Positions 18,935-28,098 of a stretch of DNA of 64,000 bases are shown piece by piece; position 1 is the stretch's first letter; every line of letters starts with the position of its first letter. The position numbers and the translations under genes are program-made. Source of the stretch: Calditrichia bacterium (lineage in GTDB: Bacteria > Calditrichota > Calditrichia > RBG-13-44-9 > J075). The stretch is from contig JBOEGD010000008.1 in the NCBI GenBank assembly GCA_050633245.1, positions 1 through 64,000 of the forward strand, written 5' to 3'. A model generated the notes under the pieces. That model saw only the letters and a list, made by a program, of their open reading frames with translations. It was not told the origin of the DNA and did no database searches.

Positions 18935-21301
18935 CTATCGTTGTCCATTAAAGCGGTTACCCAACTCCTCTTTAAAAGCCAGACCCGGAACTGGTTGAAG
19001 CGTTACCTGACCAACATCTATATACTTTTGCAGCGTGTTTTTAACCTCATCTTTCGCCGTAAAGTAGAGTACTTGCCAGCCTTGCTGCGATAAATCAAGT
19101 AATAATTCCATTTGTCTGCGCAGACGTTCTGTGTCTGACTTAAGGAAAGGATCGTCAAAAATGAAAAATCCTTTCTCTTCATCAAGCAATTTTTCTGCCA
19201 AAGATATGCGAATTGTTAAATAAAGCTGATCGAAGGCGCCACCGGAAAGCACATTCGGAGACAACATTTTGCCGTCTCTTCGTCTCACCTGAATTCCGGT
19301 ATTGTCAACCGATTCATAAAAGACGCCGGTATACAAACCTTCGGTAATGGTGTCGTAATAATCTGAGATGCTGCTTTCTTCACCAAACAGACTGCTAACC
19401 TTTTGCTCTTCTGTTGCACCAATCTCTTCGACAACATCCAGGGCGAGCTTGGCAATCCGCTGTTTGTATTCCACTTGCTCTATAAAGTTTCTCAGATGGC
19501 GGCGCAATTGTTTCAAATCTGCCAGTGTGCGACAAACCGGTTGACTGTCTTCTGGTGCCAGCGTCTCATTAGCCCGTCTGCCAACATCTGAGAGCTTTTC
19601 GCGAAAGTCGCGCAGCTGACGCTGCAAATGAGCGATTTCTTCTTCCGCGTTTTTCTGTTCGGTTCGGCGCTTTTCGAGCTTTTTTTCGTCAAAGTCTACG
19701 CTTTCTTCCATTGGCTCATTGCCTTCGAGTTCGGCAAGTTCTTCTTCCCAGCGAGCGACATTGACCGTAAGCGGATCGTCTGTCTTGCCAAATAGGTTGC
19801 CCAGCACGGCGGTCGCGGCATTCACTTCTTCTTCATATTTCTTGCGTTCGTCCAGGCGATCTCTCAGATTTTGCAGCGACTCTGTTTCATGCCTGGTCCT
19901 GAAATCAGTAATCGTTTTCTTTGCATCCTGTAATCGCGTCTCAATTTCGGGTATTCGCTCTTCTTCGAGTCCGCGAGAGGCATTTTGAAGATACGAAATA
20001 CGACTTTCGCTGCTGGCAAGATTTTGTTGTTGTCGCTGAACCATCTCCTCGAAACGCTGCACTTGTTCGACAATTTGCTTTGCCGAATCTCCGGCGATGG
20101 CCAATTTATTGGCGCTTTCTTTAATCGCGACCTCTACTTCTTCTTTATCCCCGTGCGGCTTCAGGTATTGCCAATAATAGAGGAGAGCGAGTAAGCAGGT
20201 AATCAGACCAACAAGGCTTGAGAGACCGAGCATGAAGAAATCTGTGCGATAGGCATAGCCTGCCAGTGAGACAACTGAGGCGATAAACATAAAGAATATC
20301 AGAATTTGATGGAAAGTTTGGTTGGACGTTGCCTCACCGGACTTGCCTCGCGAATGACCAAGCTTGGCAAGAAGCGGCTTGAGCGCACTATCAATCTGCT
20401 TTTTGCGATTGAGGTTCAGATCCATACTCTGGCTGACTTCACGTACGTATTGCTCTTCTTCCAGCATCTCGTGTTGATGTTCTTTTAACTGCCGGGAGGC
20501 CTTTTCTTTTTCCTGCTCTTTTTCTGTAATCAGCGTTTCAGCTTGTTTCCAGGTAAGCAGGTCATCTTCTGTAATGCCTTGAAGCGCATCCAATTTTAAT
20601 AACGTACTACGAACGCTCTGTAAATGGGTTTTGCCAGTCGTATATTTGGCCTGTAAGCGCGCGCGTTCCATGCCATCTGTTTTGCGTTCCAGTTCTCGGG
20701 CGTGCTGCTGGAGGTCTACCAGATCTTCTTCTAATGTATCATAGCCTTTGAACTTCGCATCTTCGGTAATCTGTCGGCAGTGTTCCAGCAGTTCACGCGC
20801 TTGTTCGTAGCGACGTTTAACGTGCTGACTGTCTTTGGTATTCACCATATCCATCTTTTCGGTAAAAAAGCCATCAGACCGCAACCGCTGTTTCAGCTGT
20901 TTTATATGATTTGTGCGAAGTCCGGTTAGGCGCTCGGTTACGCTGCCATAGAATTCGGTTTCACGGGCAATTGTCAGGTCGCTATTGCAGATAATAAACA
21001 GATTGCGCGATTCTTCGGCAGATAGTGGATAGAAGTTGGATAACTGGCCGGCTTCAGGCAGTTTTAACTCATCACCGTCCTGCCGTTCCAATACAACATA
21101 ACCCTCGGGAGATTCGTCCAGACGGATCATATCTCCGATTGCTTTACGGCTCTTGCCGAAAAGGAGGCGCACCAAAGACTCGAGGGTAAGCGTCTTGCCA
21201 TCCTCATTATCGCCGTAAAACAGATTGAAGTTGCTGAGGCGAAGTGGCTCCGGGGTAGAAACAGGGCCATAGCGCTGAATAAGAAATTCTTTTATCTTCA
21301 C
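18935..21301 (-). CDS. Rad50/SbcC-like (YhaN-type) coiled-coil ATPase with central TM pair
   Basis: GDNEDGKT Walker A, long coiled coil, LSGGAFDQLYL, FIFDDPF. Confidence 0.8.
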   Translation of the reverse strand: MKIKEFLIQRYGPVSTPEPLRLSNFNLFYGDNEDGKTLTLESLVRLLFGKSRKAIGDMIRLDESPEGYVVLERQDGDELKLPEAGQLSNFYPLSAEESRNLFIICNSDLTIARETEFYGSVTERLTGLRTNHIKQLKQRLRSDGFFTEKMDMVNTKDSQHVKRRYEQARELLEHCRQITEDAKFKGYDTLEEDLVDLQQHARELERKTDGMERARLQAKYTTGKTHLQSVRSTLLKLDALQGITEDDLLTWKQAETLITEKEQEKEKASRQLKEHQHEMLEEEQYVREVSQSMDLNLNRKKQIDSALKPLLAKLGHSRGKSGEATSNQTFHQILIFFMFIASVVSLAGYAYRTDFFMLGLSSLVGLITCLLALLYYWQYLKPHGDKEEVEVAIKESANKLAIAGDSAKQIVEQVQRFEEMVQRQQQNLASSESRISYLQNASRGLEEERIPEIETRLQDAKKTITDFRTRHETESLQNLRDRLDERKKYEEEVNAATAVLGNLFGKTDDPLTVNVARWEEELAELEGNEPMEESVDFDEKKLEKRRTEQKNAEEEIAHLQRQLRDFREKLSDVGRRANETLAPEDSQPVCRTLADLKQLRRHLRNFIEQVEYKQRIAKLALDVVEEIGATEEQKVSSLFGEESSISDYYDTITEGLYTGVFYESVDNTGIQVRRRDGKMLSPNVLSGGAFDQLYLTIRISLAEKLLDEEKGFFIFDDPFLKSDTERLRRQMELLLDLSQQGWQVLYFTAKDEVKNTLQKYIDVGQVTLQPVPGLAFKEELGNRFNGQR

Positions 21302-22362
21302 GACGTTAACTCCATCATTGCTTTTAGCGTCATGTTCAGCACCGCGCGCTCATCTTCTTCATCCAGCTGACGAGCTTTTAATTTACGATAAAACTCGCGG
21401 AACAATTCATCTTCTACCACGTCACGAATATCGTGAAATTCCATACGGGTAATCTCTACTTGCTTACCGGATACCTTTTGCAGCGCTCGCTGTAGTTCCT
21501 GTTCCGTCATTTCCAGCTTGGCGCCATTGAAAAATCCATCGATATCAATCAGAAGCTTGGCGTTCTCCGGAAGGCCTTCCAGTCTGGTTTTAATAGCAGC
21601 GAGTGGATTGGATTGATGTGAAATGTCTAAATGAATTCGCAGCTTCTCAAAATAAGGAGTTGAAAGCTCTACCGGTTCGGGAATATTTCCAAAGGTAAAG
21701 AGATTCGCTTTTCGCGGGCCGCTTTCGCGACGCGTAATGGCAATAGGAGAGCCGCAATAGACAAAATATGCATCTTCTTTAAACTCATGAACATCGAATG
21801 TGCTATGAAAATGACCTGCCAAGACGTATTGAAATGGAAGATTGCGAAAGTAAGATAGCTTTACCGGCAGATAGCGTTGATTGCCTTCGTCGCCATAGTG
21901 AACCCATCCATCTATGATGTCGAGGAGCTCCCCATGAAACAGAAGCAGATGCTTCCCTTCAATCTGACGTGTCTTTTGACCGGCCATGTGCAGGTACTCA
22001 AGAATCTCTTCTTCCTGTAAATCGCGATACGGGAATCCCCAGAAATGATAGCCATTGTGAATAAACGGCTGAAGCAGATCTTCGATGACGGTTACACCTT
22101 CACCAAGGAAGGCACCGTTGGGGTAGGCATCTGCATCGTGATTGCCGCTGATGATTAATACCGGAAAGGTCAGGTCGCTGAAAATCTCCCGAACTTTAGG
22201 GCGCAGTTTGTGCGCCGCCGCATCGCTGTCGAAGAGATCTCCGGCGATCACCAAAACATCAATATCATTTTCTCTGCCAACATGTACAACTTGCTTGAGC
22301 GCTTGCCAGCGTTCGTCATTATATTCGCGGATGTGTACATCGGCAGTGTGAAGAATTTTCAT
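21298..22362 (-). CDS. Mre11/SbcD-like metallophosphoesterase nuclease
   Basis: HTADVH, AGDLFD, GNHD, LAGHFH; overlaps the ATPase gene. Confidence 0.88.
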   Translation of the reverse strand: MKILHTADVHIREYNDERWQALKQVVHVGRENDIDVLVIAGDLFDSDAAAHKLRPKVREIFSDLTFPVLIISGNHDADAYPNGAFLGEGVTVIEDLLQPFIHNGYHFWGFPYRDLQEEEILEYLHMAGQKTRQIEGKHLLLFHGELLDIIDGWVHYGDEGNQRYLPVKLSYFRNLPFQYVLAGHFHSTFDVHEFKEDAYFVYCGSPIAITRRESGPRKANLFTFGNIPEPVELSTPYFEKLRIHLDISHQSNPLAAIKTRLEGLPENAKLLIDIDGFFNGAKLEMTEQELQRALQKVSGKQVEITRMEFHDIRDVVEDELFREFYRKLKARQLDEEDERAVLNMTLKAMMELTS

Positions 22363-22575
22363 AAATGCCTGCGATTAACCGGTTAGGGGATCGACTTTTT
22401 GTAGTTTTGGGGGCGCCTGGCAACCTAGCCAGCTTCAATTTAGAAATATTCTTTACAAAAAGTAAACCAAGTTTTCTATAAATGATAGCAAAAACATGCT
22501 ATATCCTACCATAATGGATAATTTGGGAGAAAATTGACTCACTTTTGTCGTTGATTAGGGACAAAATCCTAAAAT

Positions 22576-22590
22576 AGGCACGTAACTTGC
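22576..22590 (+). promoter_or_regulatory. Putative sigma54 promoter
   Basis: AGGCACGTAACTTGC, exact -24/-12 spacing. Confidence 0.5.
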
Positions 22591-22755
22591 CATAATAGCA
22601 GTAACCACAATGTAAGATTTTTTCGCTTTTTGATGATTTTAATAGACTTACACGCTCATAAAAATATTTTTGAAGTGAATTTGGCCGCCAGTTGGCTGCC
22701 GTTTCGTGTAAAAACTATACAGCTTTACATCCTTACCAGAATTACGGAGGCAATT

Positions 22756-23298
22756 ATGTTGTCAGTTAAATGGATTTTTCGCAGCGGTTTCTTTCTATTA
22801 CTTATTTTGCTTGTCGGCGCATCGTCATGTGCACGTCAAAGTATATCATCTCTGCCTGCTGAAAGTGGTAAAACGGTATTCTTTAATTCATTTGAGGTGC
22901 CGGGAGACACGAAAAGCTGGTACTGGGCGGGTTCCTATCGTTTTACCAAAGACGTGCCGCCGGGTGGTGGAGACAGCGCACTGCGTATTCGAGGCATTCA
23001 AACCTTACCAGCCGCGAGCTTTATTAGCAAGCCTTTACGTGGTGGTGGATATTTTACACTAGAGTGCTGGGGAAAAAACCTGGATATTGGTGGCACGGTT
23101 CAGCTTGCAACCATTTCCAATTATGAGATTACAGAAACCATTCAACTCGGAATATTTGAAGAAGAATGGGAGCACCTTGAATCTACTGATACCCTGTATG
23201 TTCCACCCAATACCAGCTTGATGCTTACCATGCAGGCCGGTGGGCCGGTTGACGGAACGATCTTTGTCGATAACCTGGCTATCAGAAAAGTAAGATAA
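22756..23298 (+). CDS. Putative lipoprotein with jelly-roll/CBM-like domain
   Basis: GGAGG RBS before ATG 22756; lipobox-like GASSC; SFE...W...GG.SALRI pattern. Confidence 0.6.
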   Translation: MLSVKWIFRSGFFLLLILLVGASSCARQSISSLPAESGKTVFFNSFEVPGDTKSWYWAGSYRFTKDVPPGGGDSALRIRGIQTLPAASFISKPLRGGGYFTLECWGKNLDIGGTVQLATISNYEITETIQLGIFEEEWEHLESTDTLYVPPNTSLMLTMQAGGPVDGTIFVDNLAIRKVR

Positions 23299-23315
23299 TA
23301 AAAATCGCACAAATG

Positions 23316-23343
23316 TTCGGTTCAGCAAAATAGCTGAACCGAA
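23316..23343. terminator. Hairpin between convergent genes
   Basis: TTCGGTTCAGC-N6-GCTGAACCGAA. Confidence 0.6.
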
Positions 23344-23353
23344 TTAGTCATTC

Positions 23354-24368
23354 CTATAATTCTATCCCTACCTTTACCAAAATTTGCCTTGGTGTGTCGT
23401 ATAGTTCCTTGCCCGTTGCGACACGAAACGATTCTCCGTTGCTTGTGTTTAGTGCATTAAACAGTTCCGGCTCTCCACCTTCAAGAAGGGTTGATAGCTC
23501 CCGAAAGGATTGATTGTTCTCGATACCAAGACTCTTGGCATTGCCAGTTAGCGGATACACATTAATTGTATTTTTGCGATTTAATATGTTGATGAAGTCA
23601 AGCCCGATCGATACCGATCGCTTCCCATGGAAACGAAACGTCTTTGACAACGCCGCATTCAGCTGCCAGGTGACAGGTGTGCGGAATTCATTGTAATCGA
23701 CGCGATCTGGAAATATAGATCCGAGGCCGTCAAGGCCGGCAAAGAAATAGTCTCTAATGCTTCCTACCGAAGATACAGGCGTATAGGAAACGCCGGAGGT
23801 GATTTCAGGCTGTAGAGTTGCCTGAAGGCCATCTAGCCAAGGCGATTTGGATTGTGAGGAGTATTGAAAAATTATATCTACCTCATGTTTTGGGTTAAAG
23901 AATGAGGTCGAATAAAAAGACGTGTTGATACCGGTAAAAATGAAGTAATAGTCAATTAACGGATTAAATTGCTGGTTTAGACTTTCATACACAAGGTCGC
24001 CGGTTTGCAGTGTATAGCTTGCCTGCAAGAAAAGACTCTTTGAAAGAGGAGCATTGTATTGAACCAACATGTGTTCATCGGCTGTTTGAGTGTCACTGAT
24101 ATTAGGAACAACCCTCGTTAGAGATCTCTTGATAAATTGAATGTCTACATTGCCGAAGGGCATTTTGAAAGACAGCACCGGGTAGAACATCTATCTTAGA
24201 TTCAATGCTGCGTTTTGGAAGTCTGTTCAGTTGCTCCGAATTCAATTGGTTGAGAGCTGCTGAGCGATGTTCGGATAAATGTAGTGAGTCGGACTTCATT
24301 GATATTTTCTGAGCGAATAGAATGCTCGAAGAAAGGAATAGTGTTAAGCATAATACACGCAAATGCAT
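23354..24368 (-). pseudogene. Internally deleted, frameshifted TonB-dependent receptor remnant
   Basis: ORF 24102-24368 has a signal peptide and plug-like EQLNRLPKRSIE...LPGAV; overlapping ORF 23354-24190 has barrel C-terminus (ASYTLQ, NILNRKN, PRQILVKVGIEL). Confidence 0.55.
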
Positions 24369-24462
24369 AGAAGATACTCCGTGAATAGATTGTTCATAGA
24401 TGGTAGGGGAGGTGAATCAACTTACGAAATGCGGTTCAGGTTTTGAAGGGAAAAGTGACATC

Positions 24463-24510
24463 AAAAAGAAATCGCACACGTGCAGAGGGTGCATGTATGC
24501 GAATTCTTTT
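24463..24510 (-). terminator. Likely rpsT terminator
   Basis: Imperfect hairpin flanked by AAAAAGAA and TTCTTTTT. Confidence 0.45.
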
Positions 24511-24538
24511 GGGTTGAGGAAAGTATCTCTAGAACAGA

Positions 24539-24793
24539 CTAGGCAATACGACTAACAAAACGGCTGAGACGAGACTTCTTATTTGCAGCGCGATTTGCCG
24601 GAATAATGCCTTTAATAGCCAACTTGTCGATAACCGAGTGCGCATTTACCAAAGCGGTAGCGCCTTCTTCTTTGTCCTTAGCTTCTTCAACGCGACGAAT
24701 AGCTGTTTTCAGCATTGTACGATATGCAATGTTACGCTGACGTTGCTTTTCAGATAACTTAATACGCTTAATTGTTGACTTATGATGTGCCAT
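24539..24793 (-). CDS. rpsT: 30S ribosomal protein S20
   Basis: MAHHKSTIKRI...IDKLAIKGII..NRAANKKSRL. Confidence 0.96.
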   Translation of the reverse strand: MAHHKSTIKRIKLSEKQRQRNIAYRTMLKTAIRRVEEAKDKEEGATALVNAHSVIDKLAIKGIIPANRAANKKSRLSRFVSRIA

Positions 24794-24904
24794 TAAATAC
24801 GTCCTTACTCAAAAGAATCCATATGTTATGCTTAACTTATAATAGACAACAAAGATAAAGACCGAATTGTCCTTTGTCAATAGTCTATGTTAAAAAAAAT
24901 TAAG

Positions 24905-24944
24905 GACAGATTGCTTCGCTGACAGATTGCTTCGCTGAGAGATT
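24905..24944. repeat. 16-bp tandem repeat
   Basis: GACAGATTGCTTCGCT x2 plus partial GAGAGATT. Confidence 0.7.
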
Positions 24945-25007
24945 ACGCAAGGGTAATGGTTCTTATGTTGCCTGACCCCGGACAACGAGTGCTACGAGCG
25001 ATCTGTT

Positions 25008-26288
25008 TTAAACAAGATCCATCAGGCTGCCAAAGTCCGGGTCGAACAAGCGCTTGTAAGTTCGAATGGCAAAATCATCGGTCATACCGGAAATATGATC
25101 ACAAATTGCACGCATCTTTTTGCGCTTATTCGGCAAGCTAATTACCCGGCGATGAATAACGTTTGGCAGAAGCTGGCCTCGGGCATCCGGACCGTCTACA
25201 TAGGTCTCCATAAAGGCGGTGAAGAGGCGTTCCAGAACCATATTCCATTTATAGCGAAGCTGCTGGAGCTGAGGGGAATCGAAAACAATGTCCGAAGCAA
25301 TTCGCTTGTAAAGTGCTGCTTCTCGCGCCGCTTCATTTTGTATAGCCAGTTCGTAATGATAACGATTGGTAAGATCACTCATAAAGTTCTCGCGCTCTAC
25401 CAGCTTACAGGCAGCAATGAAGTCACCAATTTTGCGTGAAAAATAGCGCTCATAATCCCCGTCTTTAATTACTGTAATGGCCCTTTTTAACAGCTTGCTC
25501 TCGGCAGATGTCAAAGATTGATGTGAGCCCCAGTCTTCCAGGCTTTGGGCGGTTAGGAAGCGAGCACGAGCACCATCAATCATATCGTTGAGTGAATAGG
25601 CAGTATCGTCTGCCCAGTCCATAATCTGGCATTCGATACTGCGGAAACTGTTCAATTGGTCTCCAGGGGTATAGTCCGCCGGAATAGTGCGCTTATTGAA
25701 TACAAAGTTCAAATAGCGTTTCTGTTCATCGTATAAAAAATGATTAGGTGGATTGTCCAATTGCTTGCGCAGTGTTTTGTATTTCAATACGCCATCTAAC
25801 AAGGCGCGACTGGGCGTCATACCCTTGCGCTTCGGCCCTTGGCGATAAATAATCTTGGTAAGGATGCGAAGCGTTTGAGCATTCCCCTCAAAGCCGCCAT
25901 AGTCTTTCATTATCTCATTTAACATGCTCTCACCGGAATGGCCAAACGGCGGATGACCGAGATCATGTGCCAGGCAGATGGCTTCGACCAGACTGGGATC
26001 GATAAAAAAGTCTTCTGCAAGCAACGGGCTCTCTTCATGAAGATAGTGGCAAATAGAACGACCGATTTGAACGACCTCAATCGAATGTGTGAGGCGGGTT
26101 CGGTAAAAGTCGTATTCTCCGCTCAGAAAAACCTGAGTTTTAGCCTGCAGGCGTCTTAGTGCCGAACTGTAAATAATACGGTCGCGGTCTCGTTGAAACG
26201 TACTGCGATAGTCCGAGCCGGTTCTTGAACCGGTTAACTGCGTATCAAAGTCACTATAAAATTTGTTTTTGCTGCGCTTCCTGCTCAT
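25008..26288 (-). CDS. dgt: dGTP triphosphohydrolase (HD family)
   Basis: RDRDRI, LRRLQAKTQV, RTRLTHSIEV, HDLGHPPFGHSGE, FEGNAQ. Confidence 0.93.
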   Translation of the reverse strand: MSRKRSKNKFYSDFDTQLTGSRTGSDYRSTFQRDRDRIIYSSALRRLQAKTQVFLSGEYDFYRTRLTHSIEVVQIGRSICHYLHEESPLLAEDFFIDPSLVEAICLAHDLGHPPFGHSGESMLNEIMKDYGGFEGNAQTLRILTKIIYRQGPKRKGMTPSRALLDGVLKYKTLRKQLDNPPNHFLYDEQKRYLNFVFNKRTIPADYTPGDQLNSFRSIECQIMDWADDTAYSLNDMIDGARARFLTAQSLEDWGSHQSLTSAESKLLKRAITVIKDGDYERYFSRKIGDFIAACKLVERENFMSDLTNRYHYELAIQNEAAREAALYKRIASDIVFDSPQLQQLRYKWNMVLERLFTAFMETYVDGPDARGQLLPNVIHRRVISLPNKRKKMRAICDHISGMTDDFAIRTYKRLFDPDFGSLMDLV

Positions 26289-28066
26289 CAGTTTCCCTCT
26301 GTTGTCGGCTCGAGTGGCAGGCGCCTGGCGTCCATTAATCGGCCTACGGGGTAGACGTTGATATCCTTTTCAAAAAAAGGCGAGCGCGCATAGAAAAAAT
26401 AGAGTTTGGCCCAGTGATTTGGGAATTGCTCCGGGTTTGCTGCCACGGCCTCTTCGAACTCCGTTTTGAGCTCTGGGTCTTCAGCGATCATGCGTCTTGC
26501 CATTTTCTCAAGAAAATAATCCTCAGCATACTCGCGCCGTTCAAAAATTCTGTTCCATTTACCCCATTTTGAAAAAGAATCAGGTGCGTGAGGCTCCAGT
26601 AGGCCGGCAATGACGCGATTGCTGCGCTGATTCGTTATAATAACGACCGTTCCGGCAGGATAATAAACGGTCTCTTCGAATGGCTCCAGGCCAAAATTTG
26701 TCATGATGCTGCCTTCGAAGGAACGTTGTTGAAAAGAAATCTCGTTGAAAAGGTAGCGGGAGACGGTCAACTCAGCGGGTTTGCTAAGTGCGGACATCTT
26801 AATGCCATGACGTTTTAACAAACTAATATGTTCCTGCCATTCTTGCGGAACAAGATAGGCGTAGGGCATGATAGCCGAATCAGTGACAGTTGTTTGCTCG
26901 AAATGCGGCAGGCGCATAGTTTTCTTTTTATCACTGTAATAGCTTACCCATTGTCCACCGGAAAGATCGCTGGTTTGTACATCAAAATCGACGCCTAAAA
27001 AGTCGATCATAGTGCTGTCCTGCATATCTACAGTAACGTTTAACGCAATACTTTCTCCTATTGCGACTTCAGCACTTTCGACGTCTGCTGCTTCGTTTGC
27101 AGCCAGCAACGCGTCTTTTTCACGATTAATAAGCTCGATCATGTGAGTCATTAGCTTATAATTTGCGGTGACGCGTGTTTGATAGTTTTTTAGGGCATGA
27201 CATTCTACAAGAAAGAAAATACGGTTTTGAGCTGCGCCATATCCAGTTGAAAATCGCGGGCTAAACGGATAGTGAATAACGCCTTTGGTAATATCGGATC
27301 GATTTTTCAAGCGAAAGTACGGGTGAATTGGATAACCGTCAGCTGCCATCTTCTCATTAAGATAAGGCTCCAGAACACTGTCTGTCCAATCGGCGAGTGG
27401 TGTTGCCATCGTCTGTTTCTTGGCCACGCCATAGGTCAGGGCATACTGCCAGTCTGCGCCGTCTGTCACGTGATTATCCACCAGAAAATCCGGTAGCCAA
27501 TTATTAAACATGGCAAGCCACGCCTTCATCTCAGGCGATTCTGCCTTTAGAAAATCGCGATTCAGGTTTAACAATTGCGCAGTGCTGCGATACCCCATCT
27601 CTTTCGGGCCATTTTGATTGATGCGATTGTGCGGACCAAAGCGTTCGTGTCCATCCACATTGAAAATCGGTATAAATAACAGCATGGTATTATCGAGCAG
27701 GCTTGCATAATCTTTTGTAATTGCGATATCGCGCATTAGCATGAGACTGGCATCTTTGCCATCACTTTCACCGGCATGAATTGCACTTTGGAACAATAAG
27801 ATGGCCTTGCCGGCAGCTCTTGCCTGCTCGGCTGTTTTGAATCCATCTTTATCGAGAATTAGCAGTGGAATATCACGCTGTTGAGGGCTTTTTCCGATGC
27901 TGCTGTAGTGAACCCACGGGGATGCATTTGCAAGGCGCTTGCAATACTTTATTGTTTCTCCATAGCGCGACGTCTCGCTATAGCCGGAGCGCTCGTAGTG
28001 GGTTGTCCAATCAGTGGCGAGTAGAAAGACAGGCAGGGTGAGTATTGCAAGAATAAAATGTCTCAT
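26288..28066 (-). CDS. Secreted M14 zinc carboxypeptidase
   Basis: IHAGESDG, FNVDGHE, NLNRDF, DNHVTDG. Confidence 0.88.
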   Translation of the reverse strand: MRHFILAILTLPVFLLATDWTTHYERSGYSETSRYGETIKYCKRLANASPWVHYSSIGKSPQQRDIPLLILDKDGFKTAEQARAAGKAILLFQSAIHAGESDGKDASLMLMRDIAITKDYASLLDNTMLLFIPIFNVDGHERFGPHNRINQNGPKEMGYRSTAQLLNLNRDFLKAESPEMKAWLAMFNNWLPDFLVDNHVTDGADWQYALTYGVAKKQTMATPLADWTDSVLEPYLNEKMAADGYPIHPYFRLKNRSDITKGVIHYPFSPRFSTGYGAAQNRIFFLVECHALKNYQTRVTANYKLMTHMIELINREKDALLAANEAADVESAEVAIGESIALNVTVDMQDSTMIDFLGVDFDVQTSDLSGGQWVSYYSDKKKTMRLPHFEQTTVTDSAIMPYAYLVPQEWQEHISLLKRHGIKMSALSKPAELTVSRYLFNEISFQQRSFEGSIMTNFGLEPFEETVYYPAGTVVIITNQRSNRVIAGLLEPHAPDSFSKWGKWNRIFERREYAEDYFLEKMARRMIAEDPELKTEFEEAVAANPEQFPNHWAKLYFFYARSPFFEKDINVYPVGRLMDARRLPLEPTTEGN

Positions 28067-28098
28067 GTGATATCCTGGTTCTCTTGAAGGTGCACCAA

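Noticed and set aside
18935-22362. Anti-phage nuclease/SMC system (Wadjet/Lamassu-like)
   Set aside because: Motifs and housekeeping context fit an ordinary SbcD + YhaN-like repair pair; no accessory defence genes.
25008-26288. Anti-phage dGTPase
   Set aside because: Located beside rpsT in a housekeeping context; nothing distinguishes it from standard Dgt.
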